NCBI GenBank assembly: GCA_963718665.1
Contig: OY970359.1
Span: forward strand, 1 to 64,000
Reading direction: 5' to 3'
Length of the DNA: 64,000 bases
Source: an uncultured Phycisphaerales bacterium
GTDB lineage: Bacteria > Planctomycetota > Phycisphaerae > Sedimentisphaerales > Anaerobacaceae
Shown here: in pieces, positions 28,957 to 37,921 of the stretch
Layout: every line of letters starts with the position of its first letter
Numbering within the stretch: position 1 is the stretch's first letter
Position numbers and translations under genes: made by a program
The notes under the pieces: model-generated
What the model saw: only the letters and a program-made list of their open reading frames with translations
What the model was told of the DNA's origin: nothing
Database searches by the model: none

Positions 28957-29147
28957 AAAGTCCTTATTACGTCAACACTTACAAAAAGTAGCGGGGACAT
29001 TCCTCTGCCCATATTTTGCCATAACTTCTTTCCGTATAACGGCTTAAATTCTGGACAAAAACAGTTGTTATCCACTTTCGCGCAAGTCGAAAACCCTTAG
29101 ATGCGAAAAAAATAAAAAATTTTTACTCCTTACAAAATAAGGACTTA
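28957..29147. promoter_or_regulatory. Three copies of a 25-bp dyad, consensus TAA(C/G)T-NN-TT-N7-AA-NN-(A/G)CTTA
   Basis: AAAGTCCTTATTACGTCAACACTTA (28957), TAACTTCTTTCCGTATAACGGCTTA (29022), TTACTCCTTACAAAATAAGGACTTA (29123). Confidence 0.6.
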
Positions 29148-29320
29148 TCGTTTTTGACCCCATCAGGAAATCCCTTAGTTTTAGTCAAAAGCGCGAAGAT
29201 TGCGCCATAGGGTAGAGGGATGTGTGGTCTCTCGGTAGTTCTTAATTTTGAGTGTTTAGTGTTGAGTTGGGGACCCGGCGTCGCCAAAAGGGCTATGCCG
29301 TGGCAAGCAAGGAGGATGTT

Positions 29321-29911
29321 ATGACGAGTATCGCAATCAAAGTTCCAAATTGGTTAGACCGTATTTTCGCGTGGCCGATGATGGTTTGGCGCAGGCACAA
29401 ATATGGGTATGACTATCGGCGGATTTATTTGGGTGAAGGGGAATGGACGATTGTTGACCAGCAGGATTACTATCGGCTTTGCAATTTCAAGTGGCATGTC
29501 AATGGGACCAACGGCAAATTCTATGCCGTTCGACAGATTAAGGTCGATAACAAGCATACAAAGAGAATGTATCTGCACAGGGAAATTATGAACGCGCCAA
29601 AGGGAATGCTTGTTGACCATAAAGACGGGAACAGCTTTGACAACCGAAGGGCGAACCTGCACTTGGCAACCCGGTCTCAAAATTCGTGCAACAAACGAAA
29701 AAGAGCGAATACATCATCACAGTTTATCGGGGTCTATTGGGACAAGGCGAAAAGAAAATGGGTGGCCAGAATAAAGTATCAGGGGAAATCAAGGATGATA
29801 GGTAATTTTGTCAACGAGATTGATGCAGCAAAGGCATACGATGAGGCGGCGAAGAAATATCGCGGGGAATTTGCGAGATTGAACTTCCCTGAATCAGCGT
29901 ACAGCGTGTAG
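29321..29911 (+). CDS. HNH endonuclease with C-terminal AP2 DNA-binding domain
   Basis: YLHREIM..VDHKDGNSFDNRRANL; SSQFIGVYW..KWVARI..AAKAYDEAA..GEFARLNF; AAGGAGG SD before ATG 29321. Confidence 0.9.
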   Translation: MTSIAIKVPNWLDRIFAWPMMVWRRHKYGYDYRRIYLGEGEWTIVDQQDYYRLCNFKWHVNGTNGKFYAVRQIKVDNKHTKRMYLHREIMNAPKGMLVDHKDGNSFDNRRANLHLATRSQNSCNKRKRANTSSQFIGVYWDKAKRKWVARIKYQGKSRMIGNFVNEIDAAKAYDEAAKKYRGEFARLNFPESAYSV

Positions 29912-29968
29912 CGTTCAGCGGACAGCGAAGAAGCAAGAAGGCAGAAGTTAGAAGGGAGAAGTTAGAGG
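29893..29968. repeat. 7-mer arrays at the 3' end of the HNH-AP2 gene
   Basis: CAGCGTA-CAGCGTG-TAGCGTT-CAGCGGA-CAGCG, then AGAAGCA-AGAAGGC-AGAAGTT-AGAAGGG-AGAAGTT. Confidence 0.75.
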
Positions 29969-30024
29969 GCATTTTTAAAATCGTCCTTGATATTGCGTTG
30001 GCGTTTTGATATTAACAACCGCTT

Positions 30025-31437
30025 ATGAAAACGGGTTTGAGAAAAATATTGGTTTGTATAGTTGTTGTCTTCGTATCAGCCGGCATAGGCAAAGCCGATT
30101 TGGCGGGGCGGGTCGAGACGATTGTCGCGGCGCAGGCACAGGGCAAGGTGCATATCGCAGTCAAAATCGTAAATCCCGCCACCGGCGCTGTCATTTACAG
30201 CCATAACGCGTCCCAGCCAATGATACCGGCGTCGAATATGAAGCTTGTTACGACGGCAGCAGCGTTACATTACTTAGGCCCGGATTTTGCTTACCTGACG
30301 GGCGTAGGCCTGATTGGCGATTCAATCGCGGTAATCGGCAGCGGCGACCCGCTTTTGGGTGACAAAGCCACTATGCAGAAAAATAATCTCGACCCGCGCT
30401 GGGTTTTGAAAGACGCAGCCGAGATTCTGCACAAAAACAACGTAACGACAATTTCCGATGTTATTATTGACGATACCGTATTCGACGATGAATATGTTCA
30501 GCCAAGTTGGCCGAAAAAGGAGCTGAATCGATGGTATGCCGCCGAGGTCGCGGGCATTAACTTTAATGACAATTGCATAGAGATTACTGCTGAGACGACT
30601 GGCTCAAAAGTCGAGCTGACCATTGACCCGCCGACCAGCTACGTAAAGATAATCAATAATTGCAAGGTATCAGCCACACAAACAGATACCACTATTGGGG
30701 GGGCGAGGCAACCCGGCTCAAACGTTATTACGGTATCAGGCGTCTGCTACAAAAAATGTGAGCCGGTCCGCGTTACAATCGACAGGCCTCAGGCATTTTT
30801 CGGCTATCTGCTTGCCGAAGAGATTAAACGCTCCGGCGTTGGTATCACGGGAAAACTTGTCGAAAGAGAAATCCTGCCGCAGGAGCAATTCAAGCTCCTC
30901 GCCGTTTATCGCACTCCTATATGGGATGTTTTTGACCGCTGCAACAAAGACAGTTTGGAGGTCGCCGCGGAATCACTGCTGAAGACAATCGCCGCATATC
31001 GCCAGCCAAGCGGCAAGGGCGGCTCCTGGGCACAGGGCAGGCAATTCGTATCGGATTACTTAGTTTCGCTGGGGGTATCGACCGACCAGTTCGTTCTCGA
31101 CGACGGCTGCGGACTGAGCGAGAATAATCGCCTCAGCGCAAACCTGCTTACGGCCATCCTCTTAGACATTTACAAAAAACCCGAATGGCAGAAGTTCAAG
31201 GAGACCTTAGCGGTAGGGGGGGAAGATGGCACAGTAGGTAAATTCTTCAACGAGCCGAAATACAGGGGCAAAATCTTCGCCAAGACCGGCTACATCGGCG
31301 GCGTTAAATCACTGTCCGGCGTCTGCACAACTGAAGCGGGCGACAGGGTATTTTCCATAATCACCAACAAAACGAACGGCGAAAGCCGGCAAGCCATTAA
31401 CGATATCGTCAAAGCCATTATTGACGAATCGCGATAG
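30025..31437 (+). CDS. dacB: D-Ala-D-Ala carboxypeptidase/endopeptidase PBP4 (peptidase S13)
   Basis: PASNMK (SxxK), GSGDP, DGCGLSENN, AKTGYI. Confidence 0.92.
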   Translation: MKTGLRKILVCIVVVFVSAGIGKADLAGRVETIVAAQAQGKVHIAVKIVNPATGAVIYSHNASQPMIPASNMKLVTTAAALHYLGPDFAYLTGVGLIGDSIAVIGSGDPLLGDKATMQKNNLDPRWVLKDAAEILHKNNVTTISDVIIDDTVFDDEYVQPSWPKKELNRWYAAEVAGINFNDNCIEITAETTGSKVELTIDPPTSYVKIINNCKVSATQTDTTIGGARQPGSNVITVSGVCYKKCEPVRVTIDRPQAFFGYLLAEEIKRSGVGITGKLVEREILPQEQFKLLAVYRTPIWDVFDRCNKDSLEVAAESLLKTIAAYRQPSGKGGSWAQGRQFVSDYLVSLGVSTDQFVLDDGCGLSENNRLSANLLTAILLDIYKKPEWQKFKETLAVGGEDGTVGKFFNEPKYRGKIFAKTGYIGGVKSLSGVCTTEAGDRVFSIITNKTNGESRQAINDIVKAIIDESR

Positions 31438-31453
31438 TTCAACCCCAATGACT

Positions 31454-31526
31454 TGTCATAGCTGCGAAAGCAGGTATCCAGTGGGTTTATAGAATGGTAT
31501 GGATTCCCGCTTGCGCGGGAATGACA
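31454..31526. repeat. dRS3/RPE-like palindromic element
   Basis: TGTCATAGCTGCGAAAGCAGGTATCCA...TGGATTCCCGCTTGCGCGGGAATGACA; contains ATTCCC-N8-GGGAAT. Confidence 0.8.
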
Positions 31527-31571
31527 CTCTTGTTTTGTTAGTCAAATGATATAAAATACGCCTTACAGATA

Positions 31572-32525
31572 ATGCTAAAAATCGGCAATATAATTCTTGA
31601 TGTTCCCTTTTTTCAGGCGTCGCTTAGCGGATACAGCGATTACGCTATGCGGGCAATTGCGCGTGACTGTGGAGCTCCTATGACTTTTGCGGGCGTAATG
31701 CTCGCAAAAAGCGTCATCCATCCGCGTGTCTTTAATAGTCCGGCATTCAAACCCGGCGATGATGAACATCCGATAGGGGCACAGCTTTTAGGCGAGGAGG
31801 CCGAAATAATGGCAAGGGCCGCTAAGGTGGTATCTCAGACGGGTTTCGATTTAATAGACCTGAATTTTGCCTGTCCTGCGCCCAAGGTAATTCGCCGAAA
31901 GCGGGGGGGCTTTCTTCTCAATGAGCCGGATAAAGTAATAGAAATATATAACGCCGTAAGGGAATCCGTCGATTGCCCGGTAACTATGAAATTGCGGACG
32001 AGTTTCGATAATCAGTCCTATGATAATTTCTGGGACATCAGCTCCAGGGCCGCGGCTGGAAAAGTCGATGCGTTAATTGTGCATCCTCGCGCTGTTTGCC
32101 AGAGATTTACCGGCTCGGCAAACTGGGAGTTTTTATCGGAGGTCAAAAAACGATTTCCCCGCACAATAATATTTGGCAGCGGAGATTTGTTTTCTGCTGA
32201 TACAATAAAAAATAATATGAAAAACACCAGGGTGGATGGCGCTGTAATCGCCCGCGGCGCGATTGGTAATCCATGGATTTTCGAACAGCTTCGCGCGGGG
32301 AGTGATTTCGTTGCCCCAACTCTTGAGCAACAGGGCCGGGTAATTTCAAAACATTTCAATTTGATTTGTAAGCTCTATGGGGACAAAAAGGCCATTACGC
32401 ATTTTCGGAAATTCGCGATTGCCTATTGCAAACTTCATCCCCTGCGCAGAAAAGTCCAAAAGGCCCTTTTTGCGGCAAAATCGGCTGAAGAATTCTTAGC
32501 CGTCGTAAAACAATGGTATGGATAG
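31572..32525 (+). CDS. tRNA-dihydrouridine synthase family protein
   Basis: IDLNFACPAPKV, PVTMKLR, VHPR, GSGDL, IARGAIGNPWIF. Confidence 0.9.
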   Translation: MLKIGNIILDVPFFQASLSGYSDYAMRAIARDCGAPMTFAGVMLAKSVIHPRVFNSPAFKPGDDEHPIGAQLLGEEAEIMARAAKVVSQTGFDLIDLNFACPAPKVIRRKRGGFLLNEPDKVIEIYNAVRESVDCPVTMKLRTSFDNQSYDNFWDISSRAAAGKVDALIVHPRAVCQRFTGSANWEFLSEVKKRFPRTIIFGSGDLFSADTIKNNMKNTRVDGAVIARGAIGNPWIFEQLRAGSDFVAPTLEQQGRVISKHFNLICKLYGDKKAITHFRKFAIAYCKLHPLRRKVQKALFAAKSAEEFLAVVKQWYG

Positions 32526-32540
32526 ACACTATAAATATTA

Positions 32541-32617
32541 GACACGGATTAACACGGATTTACACTGTTTTTTTCATTTCTCTGTGTGCTCTGCGATTAA
32601 AAAACTCTGCGGCTAAA
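32541..32617. repeat. Cluster of short degenerate repeats at a gene junction
   Basis: ACACGGATTA-ACACGGATTT-ACACTG, then CTCTGTGTG-CTCTGCG...CTCTGCGGCTAA. Confidence 0.65.
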
Positions 32618-32661
32618 CTTTTTAGTTGTTGGTATATCCGACACGGGTTATTATTTTAACT

Positions 32662-34704
32662 ATGCCTGAATCTGTGAAAAAATCTTTCGTCATTTTCACG
32701 TATTTTGTTTTGATATTGGGTACCTTGCTGGTCTTCCGGCAGGTACACAATTTCGCTTTTGTTAATTATGATGATACTGACTACGTATATGAAAATCCGC
32801 ACGTTTTGAACGGTCTGACCGGGGATGGTGTCATCTGGGCTTTTACCACCAACCGCACGGCCAACTGGCACCCTTTGACATGGCTGTCACTTATGCTCGA
32901 TTGTCAATTGTTCGGCGCAAACCCCGGCTGGATGCATCTTGTAAACCTGCTTTTGCACATTGCCAATACCCTGCTGATTTTTGCGGTGCTCAGGAAAATG
33001 ACCGGCGCATTATGGCCGAGCGCATTTGTCGCGGCGGCCTTCGCGATTCATCCGATGCATGTCGAATCGGTCGCGTGGATTGCCGAACGCAAGGATGTAT
33101 TGAGCACATTGTTCCTTCTGCTTACATTGGCCGCGTATGTCAGCTATGTAAAACGCCACGGCCTGGTTCGCTATTTGCTGACAGTGCTGTTGTTCGCATT
33201 GGGCCTTCTTGTAAAACCAATGCTCGTTACTTTGCCGGTACTGCTGCTGCTTTTGGACTATTGGCCCCTTCTTCGCTTTGCTACTCCCTTAAGGGACGCC
33301 TTTCGGCGGAAGGGCAGGCCGCTCGGACGAATCAGAAGACAGAAGACGGAGGACAGAAGACCCGACTTCGCCCAAAGGGCTTCCACCTACGCTAAAGCTA
33401 CGGTGGACGGGCCGCCGGGCAGGCAGAGGGCTGAGGGCGTGTCTCAAAAACTATCGGCAGTACAGTTAATAATCGAAAAAATTCCTTTTATTGCTCTTTC
33501 CATCGTCTCAAGCGTAATTACGTTTCTGGTTCAGCTTGGGGGCAGTGCAGTGATACATATCAACGCTCTTCCTTTGAAGGACAGAATTACCAATGCCTTC
33601 TTATCCTACGCAAGATACACAGGTAAGCTGTTCTGGCCGCAAAATCTCGCGGTATTTTATCCTTTTGACGCTGACAGCTTTGCGTTTTGGCAGGTAGCGA
33701 TGTGTGTTTTATTATTGCTTGTTATATCCGTTTTTGTAATTCGTTTTGGACGAAATCAAAAGTATTTGCCGGTAGGATGGTTTTGGTTTGTCGTAACGCT
33801 TGTGCCCGTCATAGGATTTGTTCAGGTTGGCCGGCAGGCCTTTGCCGACCGCTATACCTATATTCCCTATATAGGTCTTTTCATAATGATTGCGTGGGGT
33901 CTGCCGGAGCTTCTTTCGAAATGGCCGCAGCGAAAAATCGCTCTCGGCCTATCGATGGTAATAATACTGACAACCCTCGGAATATGCGCGCATCAGCAGG
34001 TAAGCTATTGGAATAACAGCTTTACCCTCTTTTCGCAGACAATCGAGGTAACGCAAAACAATTATATTGCGTACAATAATCTTGGCGTTGCCTACAACAG
34101 CGTTGGCCGCTACCAGGATGCGATAGAGGCCTATAAGCAGACCATCCGAATTGAGCCGGACCAGGAGACATACTTTAATCTTGGCGTTGCCTACGGCAAA
34201 CTTGGCCGCTATCAGGATGAGGTAGAGGCCTATAAGCAGGCCATAAGAATCAAACCGGATTACGCCCTGGCATATATTAATCTTGGCGTTGCCTACAACA
34301 ACCTTGGCCGCTATCAGGATGCGATAGAAACCTATAAGCAGGTCATAAGAATCAAGCCGGATTACGCCGAGGCGTACTTTAATCTTGGCATTGCCTACGG
34401 CGAACTTGGCCGCCAGCAGGATGAGATAGAGGCCTATAAGCAGGCCATAAGAATCAAGCCGGATTACGCTGAGGCATATATTAATCTTGGCATTACCTGT
34501 TACAAACTTGGCCGCTATCAGGATGCGATAGAAACCTATAAGCAGGTCATAAGAATCAAGCCGGATTACGCCGAGGCACACTATCATCTTGGCGTTGCCT
34601 ATTTGGTAACCGGCGACAGGAATTCAGCCCTTGAAGAATACAAAATCTTAAAAACCCTGGACGCCGAGAAGGCAAACGAATTGTTTAAATTGATTAATAA
34701 GTAG
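32662..34704 (+). CDS. TMTC-like membrane glycosyltransferase with C-terminal TPR array
   Basis: FVNYDDTDYV, NWHPLTWLS, HPMHVESVAWIAERKD, ADRYTY; about six 34-aa TPR units. Confidence 0.88.
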   Translation: MPESVKKSFVIFTYFVLILGTLLVFRQVHNFAFVNYDDTDYVYENPHVLNGLTGDGVIWAFTTNRTANWHPLTWLSLMLDCQLFGANPGWMHLVNLLLHIANTLLIFAVLRKMTGALWPSAFVAAAFAIHPMHVESVAWIAERKDVLSTLFLLLTLAAYVSYVKRHGLVRYLLTVLLFALGLLVKPMLVTLPVLLLLLDYWPLLRFATPLRDAFRRKGRPLGRIRRQKTEDRRPDFAQRASTYAKATVDGPPGRQRAEGVSQKLSAVQLIIEKIPFIALSIVSSVITFLVQLGGSAVIHINALPLKDRITNAFLSYARYTGKLFWPQNLAVFYPFDADSFAFWQVAMCVLLLLVISVFVIRFGRNQKYLPVGWFWFVVTLVPVIGFVQVGRQAFADRYTYIPYIGLFIMIAWGLPELLSKWPQRKIALGLSMVIILTTLGICAHQQVSYWNNSFTLFSQTIEVTQNNYIAYNNLGVAYNSVGRYQDAIEAYKQTIRIEPDQETYFNLGVAYGKLGRYQDEVEAYKQAIRIKPDYALAYINLGVAYNNLGRYQDAIETYKQVIRIKPDYAEAYFNLGIAYGELGRQQDEIEAYKQAIRIKPDYAEAYINLGITCYKLGRYQDAIETYKQVIRIKPDYAEAHYHLGVAYLVTGDRNSALEEYKILKTLDAEKANELFKLINK

Positions 34705-34752
34705 GTATTCCCGAGCCAGCTGAAATGGTATGGCCTGTAACAAAAAAAGTTT

Positions 34753-34914
34753 TGCCACAGAGTTTTTTAGCCACCCCCGCCGTTTTGCTTCGCAAAACGA
34801 GACGCGGGGGCTACGCAGGGCTTCGCTGCGATTTCCCTTGCTTTTGACGACAATCGTGAGGATAATACCTGTCACGGCGTTTACCTCGGCGTAGTTCCTT
34901 GACGAAGCCGGGTA
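34753..34914. repeat. Composite intergenic palindrome cluster
   Basis: GCCACAGAG unit; hairpin CCCCCGC-CGTTTTGC-TTC-GCAAAACG-..-GCGGGGG; second imperfect hairpin TACCTCGGCGTAG...CGAAGCCGGGTA. Confidence 0.6.
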
Positions 34915-35136
34915 GAGGAACGCAGCCGGACTGACAAGAGCAGGAGTTCTGAAAGACAACCGTAAATACGGTAATGGCGGTTTTATATGGTATTGCAAAG
35001 TTACAATGCGACAACATCGTCAAAGCCATAATAGACAAATCACGCTAACTTGGCTGGCCGTTTTTAATTGACGGCAGGCAATAATCCCGATAAATTACGA
35101 GCTCGATAACCAAATGGTAAAAGGTGATTAAATCGC

Positions 35137-35715
35137 ATGGAGTTTGTGGCCATTGATGTCGAAACAGCGAATTCTAATGTGTCATCGATCTGCCAGATCG
35201 GTCTCGCAGTGTTTCGCAATGGACAACTTGTTAAGGAATGGAAGACGTACATCGACCCGGAAGGCTGTTTTAGCGGAATAAATGTTTCGATTCACGGTAT
35301 CGATGAGAACACGGTTAAAGGTGCCCCTACGATACCAGATATTTCCAATAAATTATATCGATTTATGGATGACCGTGTTTCTGTGTGCCATACACATTTT
35401 GATCGCGTAGCCATTCAACAAGCATTTGATAAATACAAGTTGCGTCACCCCAATTGTAGGTGGCTAGATTCGGCGCGAGTGGCACGCCGAACATGGGCGA
35501 AATTTGCGAAGCGCGGCTATGGACTTGGTAAAATCTGTGCGTTCTTGGGCTACGACTTCACCCCTCATGATGCGTTGGAGGATGCCAAAGCAGCAGCATA
35601 TATACTCAATACTGCAATTGAAAAAACCAGTCTCGATATCGAAGGTTGGCTTAGGCGCGTTAAGCAACCAATATGTTCGTCAGGTACGGACCGGGCACGC
35701 AATAAAACGCAATAG
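35137..35715 (+). CDS. DEDDh 3'-5' exonuclease (DnaQ-like) domain
   Basis: FVAIDVETAN, HTHFD, WLDS, HDALEDA. Confidence 0.88.
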   Translation: MEFVAIDVETANSNVSSICQIGLAVFRNGQLVKEWKTYIDPEGCFSGINVSIHGIDENTVKGAPTIPDISNKLYRFMDDRVSVCHTHFDRVAIQQAFDKYKLRHPNCRWLDSARVARRTWAKFAKRGYGLGKICAFLGYDFTPHDALEDAKAAAYILNTAIEKTSLDIEGWLRRVKQPICSSGTDRARNKTQ

Positions 35716-35724
35716 GAGTCCAGG

Positions 35725-36012
35725 ATGCCCTTGTACGGCAAGGTGCTGGTTGTTACAGGTGCTCTTAAGATTCCGAGGAAAGAGGCGGCTGATATGGCGG
35801 CTCGTGTTGGGTACTATATCGACCAAAGAGTTACCGAGAGGACGACGATATTGGTAGTGGGAGATCAGGACGTTAAGAAATACGTTAAGAAATTTGCGAG
35901 CTATAAGAAAAGTTCAAAACATCGGAAAACAGAAGACTTGATATCGAAGGGTCAAACAATTCGGATATTGGGTGAGACAGATTTTCGAAAACTTGCTCAA
36001 TTGGCAAACTAA
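35725..36012 (+). CDS. BRCT domain (probably the C-terminal part of the exonuclease)
   Basis: LYGKVLVVTGAL..PRKEAA..VTERTTILVVGDQD..KSSKHRK..IRILGETDF; same frame as the exonuclease ORF. Confidence 0.8.
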   Translation: MPLYGKVLVVTGALKIPRKEAADMAARVGYYIDQRVTERTTILVVGDQDVKKYVKKFASYKKSSKHRKTEDLISKGQTIRILGETDFRKLAQLAN

Positions 36013-36211
36013 GTTTTGTCTAACAATTGTTATGCAATGGTTGCAAGAACGGATATAGAAGCGACTTAACTCCCCTGAAATCGGCGGAATTATAACGTGC
36101 GATTATTTTTTCGGCAGGGTGATTAAGCAATTGCCTATTGAGGATTCCGAAGCGGGCTCGTCGCTTCGCTCCGTGTGTCGATTTCCGATTTATTGGGTCT
36201 CCGGCGGCAAA

Positions 36212-36979
36212 CTATTTTAATGGCAGATGAATCGTAAAGGTAGTACCTTTGCCGGGGTGGGAATCGACGGTGATTGTTCCACGGTGAGCGTCGATAACCT
36301 TTTTGCAAAGCGAAAGGCCGAGGCCTGTGCCTGAGCCGGCGATTTTTTTGTGCTTTGTGGTGAAAAACGTATCGAATACCCTGCTCAACTCCGATTGCTC
36401 TATGCCGCAGCCCGTGTCGCTGATTTTTATTCGAATACTGTTGTTGTCCGCCTGTGCGGAGATAGTCAGTTTTCCGCCGTGGGGGAGCATCGCTTCACGG
36501 GCGTTGAGGACGAGGTTCATAATCGCCTGCTGCAACGAGACAGGCGAGGCATAAACCTGCAAATCTGCACTAACGAGTATCTCAACCGTTATCCCGTCTT
36601 TTGTGAAATCCCTGCAAAGGCAATCGAACACCGCGTTGACCATAGGCAGCAGGGGGGTAACGACCTTTTCACCGCAACCGGCTTTAGCCAATGAGAGGAT
36701 ACTTTCCATTACTTTTCCGGCCTGGCGGCAGTTTTTGGCGGTCCTGCGAAGGGTGCGCTCCGCAAGCTCCTTGTCGTCTATGTGCTTGAGCGATAACTCC
36801 GCGTAGTTGGTCAGGGGGGTAAGGAGATTATTGATTTCGTGGGCTATCATCGCGGTCGCGGAGCCGAGGTTTGCCAGGGCTTCGAGCTGCACCATATCTT
36901 TTTCGAGCGACTCATTGCGTCGCTGCTGCTGTGCGAGCTGCCCGTGAATTGCCCTGCGTTTTGCGATAATACTTGTCAA
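36212..36979 (-). CDS. Short cytoplasmic histidine kinase (coiled coil, HisKA, HATPase)
   Basis: IAHEINNLL, NLVLNAREA, DTGCGI, FFTTK, GTGLGL. Confidence 0.9.
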   Translation of the reverse strand: MTSIIAKRRAIHGQLAQQQRRNESLEKDMVQLEALANLGSATAMIAHEINNLLTPLTNYAELSLKHIDDKELAERTLRRTAKNCRQAGKVMESILSLAKAGCGEKVVTPLLPMVNAVFDCLCRDFTKDGITVEILVSADLQVYASPVSLQQAIMNLVLNAREAMLPHGGKLTISAQADNNSIRIKISDTGCGIEQSELSRVFDTFFTTKHKKIAGSGTGLGLSLCKKVIDAHRGTITVDSHPGKGTTFTIHLPLK

Positions 36980-37019
36980 TGCCCTGCCCCTGTTGTAAAA
37001 TTACAGAAACGCTCAAAAT

Positions 37020-37044
37020 AACCCCCACCACAGGGGTGGGGGCT
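37020..37044. repeat. GC-rich hairpin between divergent genes
   Basis: ACCCCCACC-ACAGG-GGTGGGGGC. Confidence 0.5.
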
Positions 37045-37100
37045 AAACATTTACAAGGATAGTATCGACCTTTTTCTTGTTCTTTCTTGAACCCGAACAT

Positions 37101-37370
37101 ATGAACGAGCAGAGAATACTTGAAGAGCTTGTGATGCTTCTTGAGAGCAATGGTGTGGCGATTCGTCGTGAGCCGCTTGCGGGCGGGGCAGGGGGGTTGT
37201 GCACCGTCAGCGGCAGGCATATATTCTTTCTCGATACGCAGGCATCGTCGGTTGAGGCGGCGTCCGCCGCCGCGGAAGCGGTCGCGAAGCTCATTGATAT
37301 CGAGAGCATTTATCTTCGTCCGGAAATACGCGAGTTTATCGAGTCGAACGGGTCATCGATTAAGGAATGA
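37101..37370 (+). CDS. Small hypothetical protein
   Basis: MNEQRILEEL..IRREPLAGGAGGLCTV..IFFLD..IYLRPEIRE; ATGA overlap with the next gene. Confidence 0.7.
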   Translation: MNEQRILEELVMLLESNGVAIRREPLAGGAGGLCTVSGRHIFFLDTQASSVEAASAAAEAVAKLIDIESIYLRPEIREFIESNGSSIKE

Positions 37371-37894
37371 TGACAATGGCTAAATCCAGAAAAGTCGCGA
37401 TAATGTTGGCTGAGCAATATCAGGTCACCGAAATCTGGTATCCTTACTACCGGCTGAAAGAGGCGGGGTTCGACTGTGATTTTATCGCGGCCGAGGCGAA
37501 TAAGGAATACCCGTCAAAAGAAGGGTATCCCTGCAAGTCAACGGTGGCCGCCAAAAACGCAAAAATCGACGATTACGTCTGTATGGTTGTCCCCGGCGGG
37601 TTTGCCCCTGATTTTATGAGAAGAAGCGACGATATGATTAAGTTCGCCAACGATATGGTGAACGCGGGGAAAACAATAGCCGCTATATGTCACGGGCCGT
37701 GGCTATTGTGCAGCACCAAAATTCTCAAGGGCAAAACAGCAACGTGCTTTATGGCGCTTCGCGACGACGTGAAAAACGCTGGCGCGAAATACGTCGATGA
37801 GGAGTGTGTCGTCGATGGCAACCTGATTACCTCCAGAAAGCCGGATGATTTGCCGGCATTTTGCGCGGCGATACTAAAAGCGATTGGTAAATAA
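37367..37894 (+). CDS. PfpI/DJ-1 family protein
   Basis: EIWYPYYRL, VPGGFAPD, AAICHGPW, LITSRKPDDL. Confidence 0.92.
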   Translation: MMTMAKSRKVAIMLAEQYQVTEIWYPYYRLKEAGFDCDFIAAEANKEYPSKEGYPCKSTVAAKNAKIDDYVCMVVPGGFAPDFMRRSDDMIKFANDMVNAGKTIAAICHGPWLLCSTKILKGKTATCFMALRDDVKNAGAKYVDEECVVDGNLITSRKPDDLPAFCAAILKAIGK

Positions 37895-37921
37895 ACTTTT
37901 AATTCAGCGGAGTTACTTACT

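Noticed and set aside
23036..29911. Prophage (tail-fibre-like genes plus HNH-AP2)
   Set aside because: No capsid, terminase, portal, integrase or lysis genes; the fibre-like proteins have signal peptides.
34075..34605. Regularly spaced DNA repeats as a possible CRISPR array
   Set aside because: Units are in-frame TPR codons with no unique spacers, and there are no cas genes.
36018..36040. GTCTAAC...GTTATGC after the BRCT stop as an integron attC site
   Set aside because: The boxes are only 4 nt apart with no L boxes or long hairpin; no integrase or cassette array.
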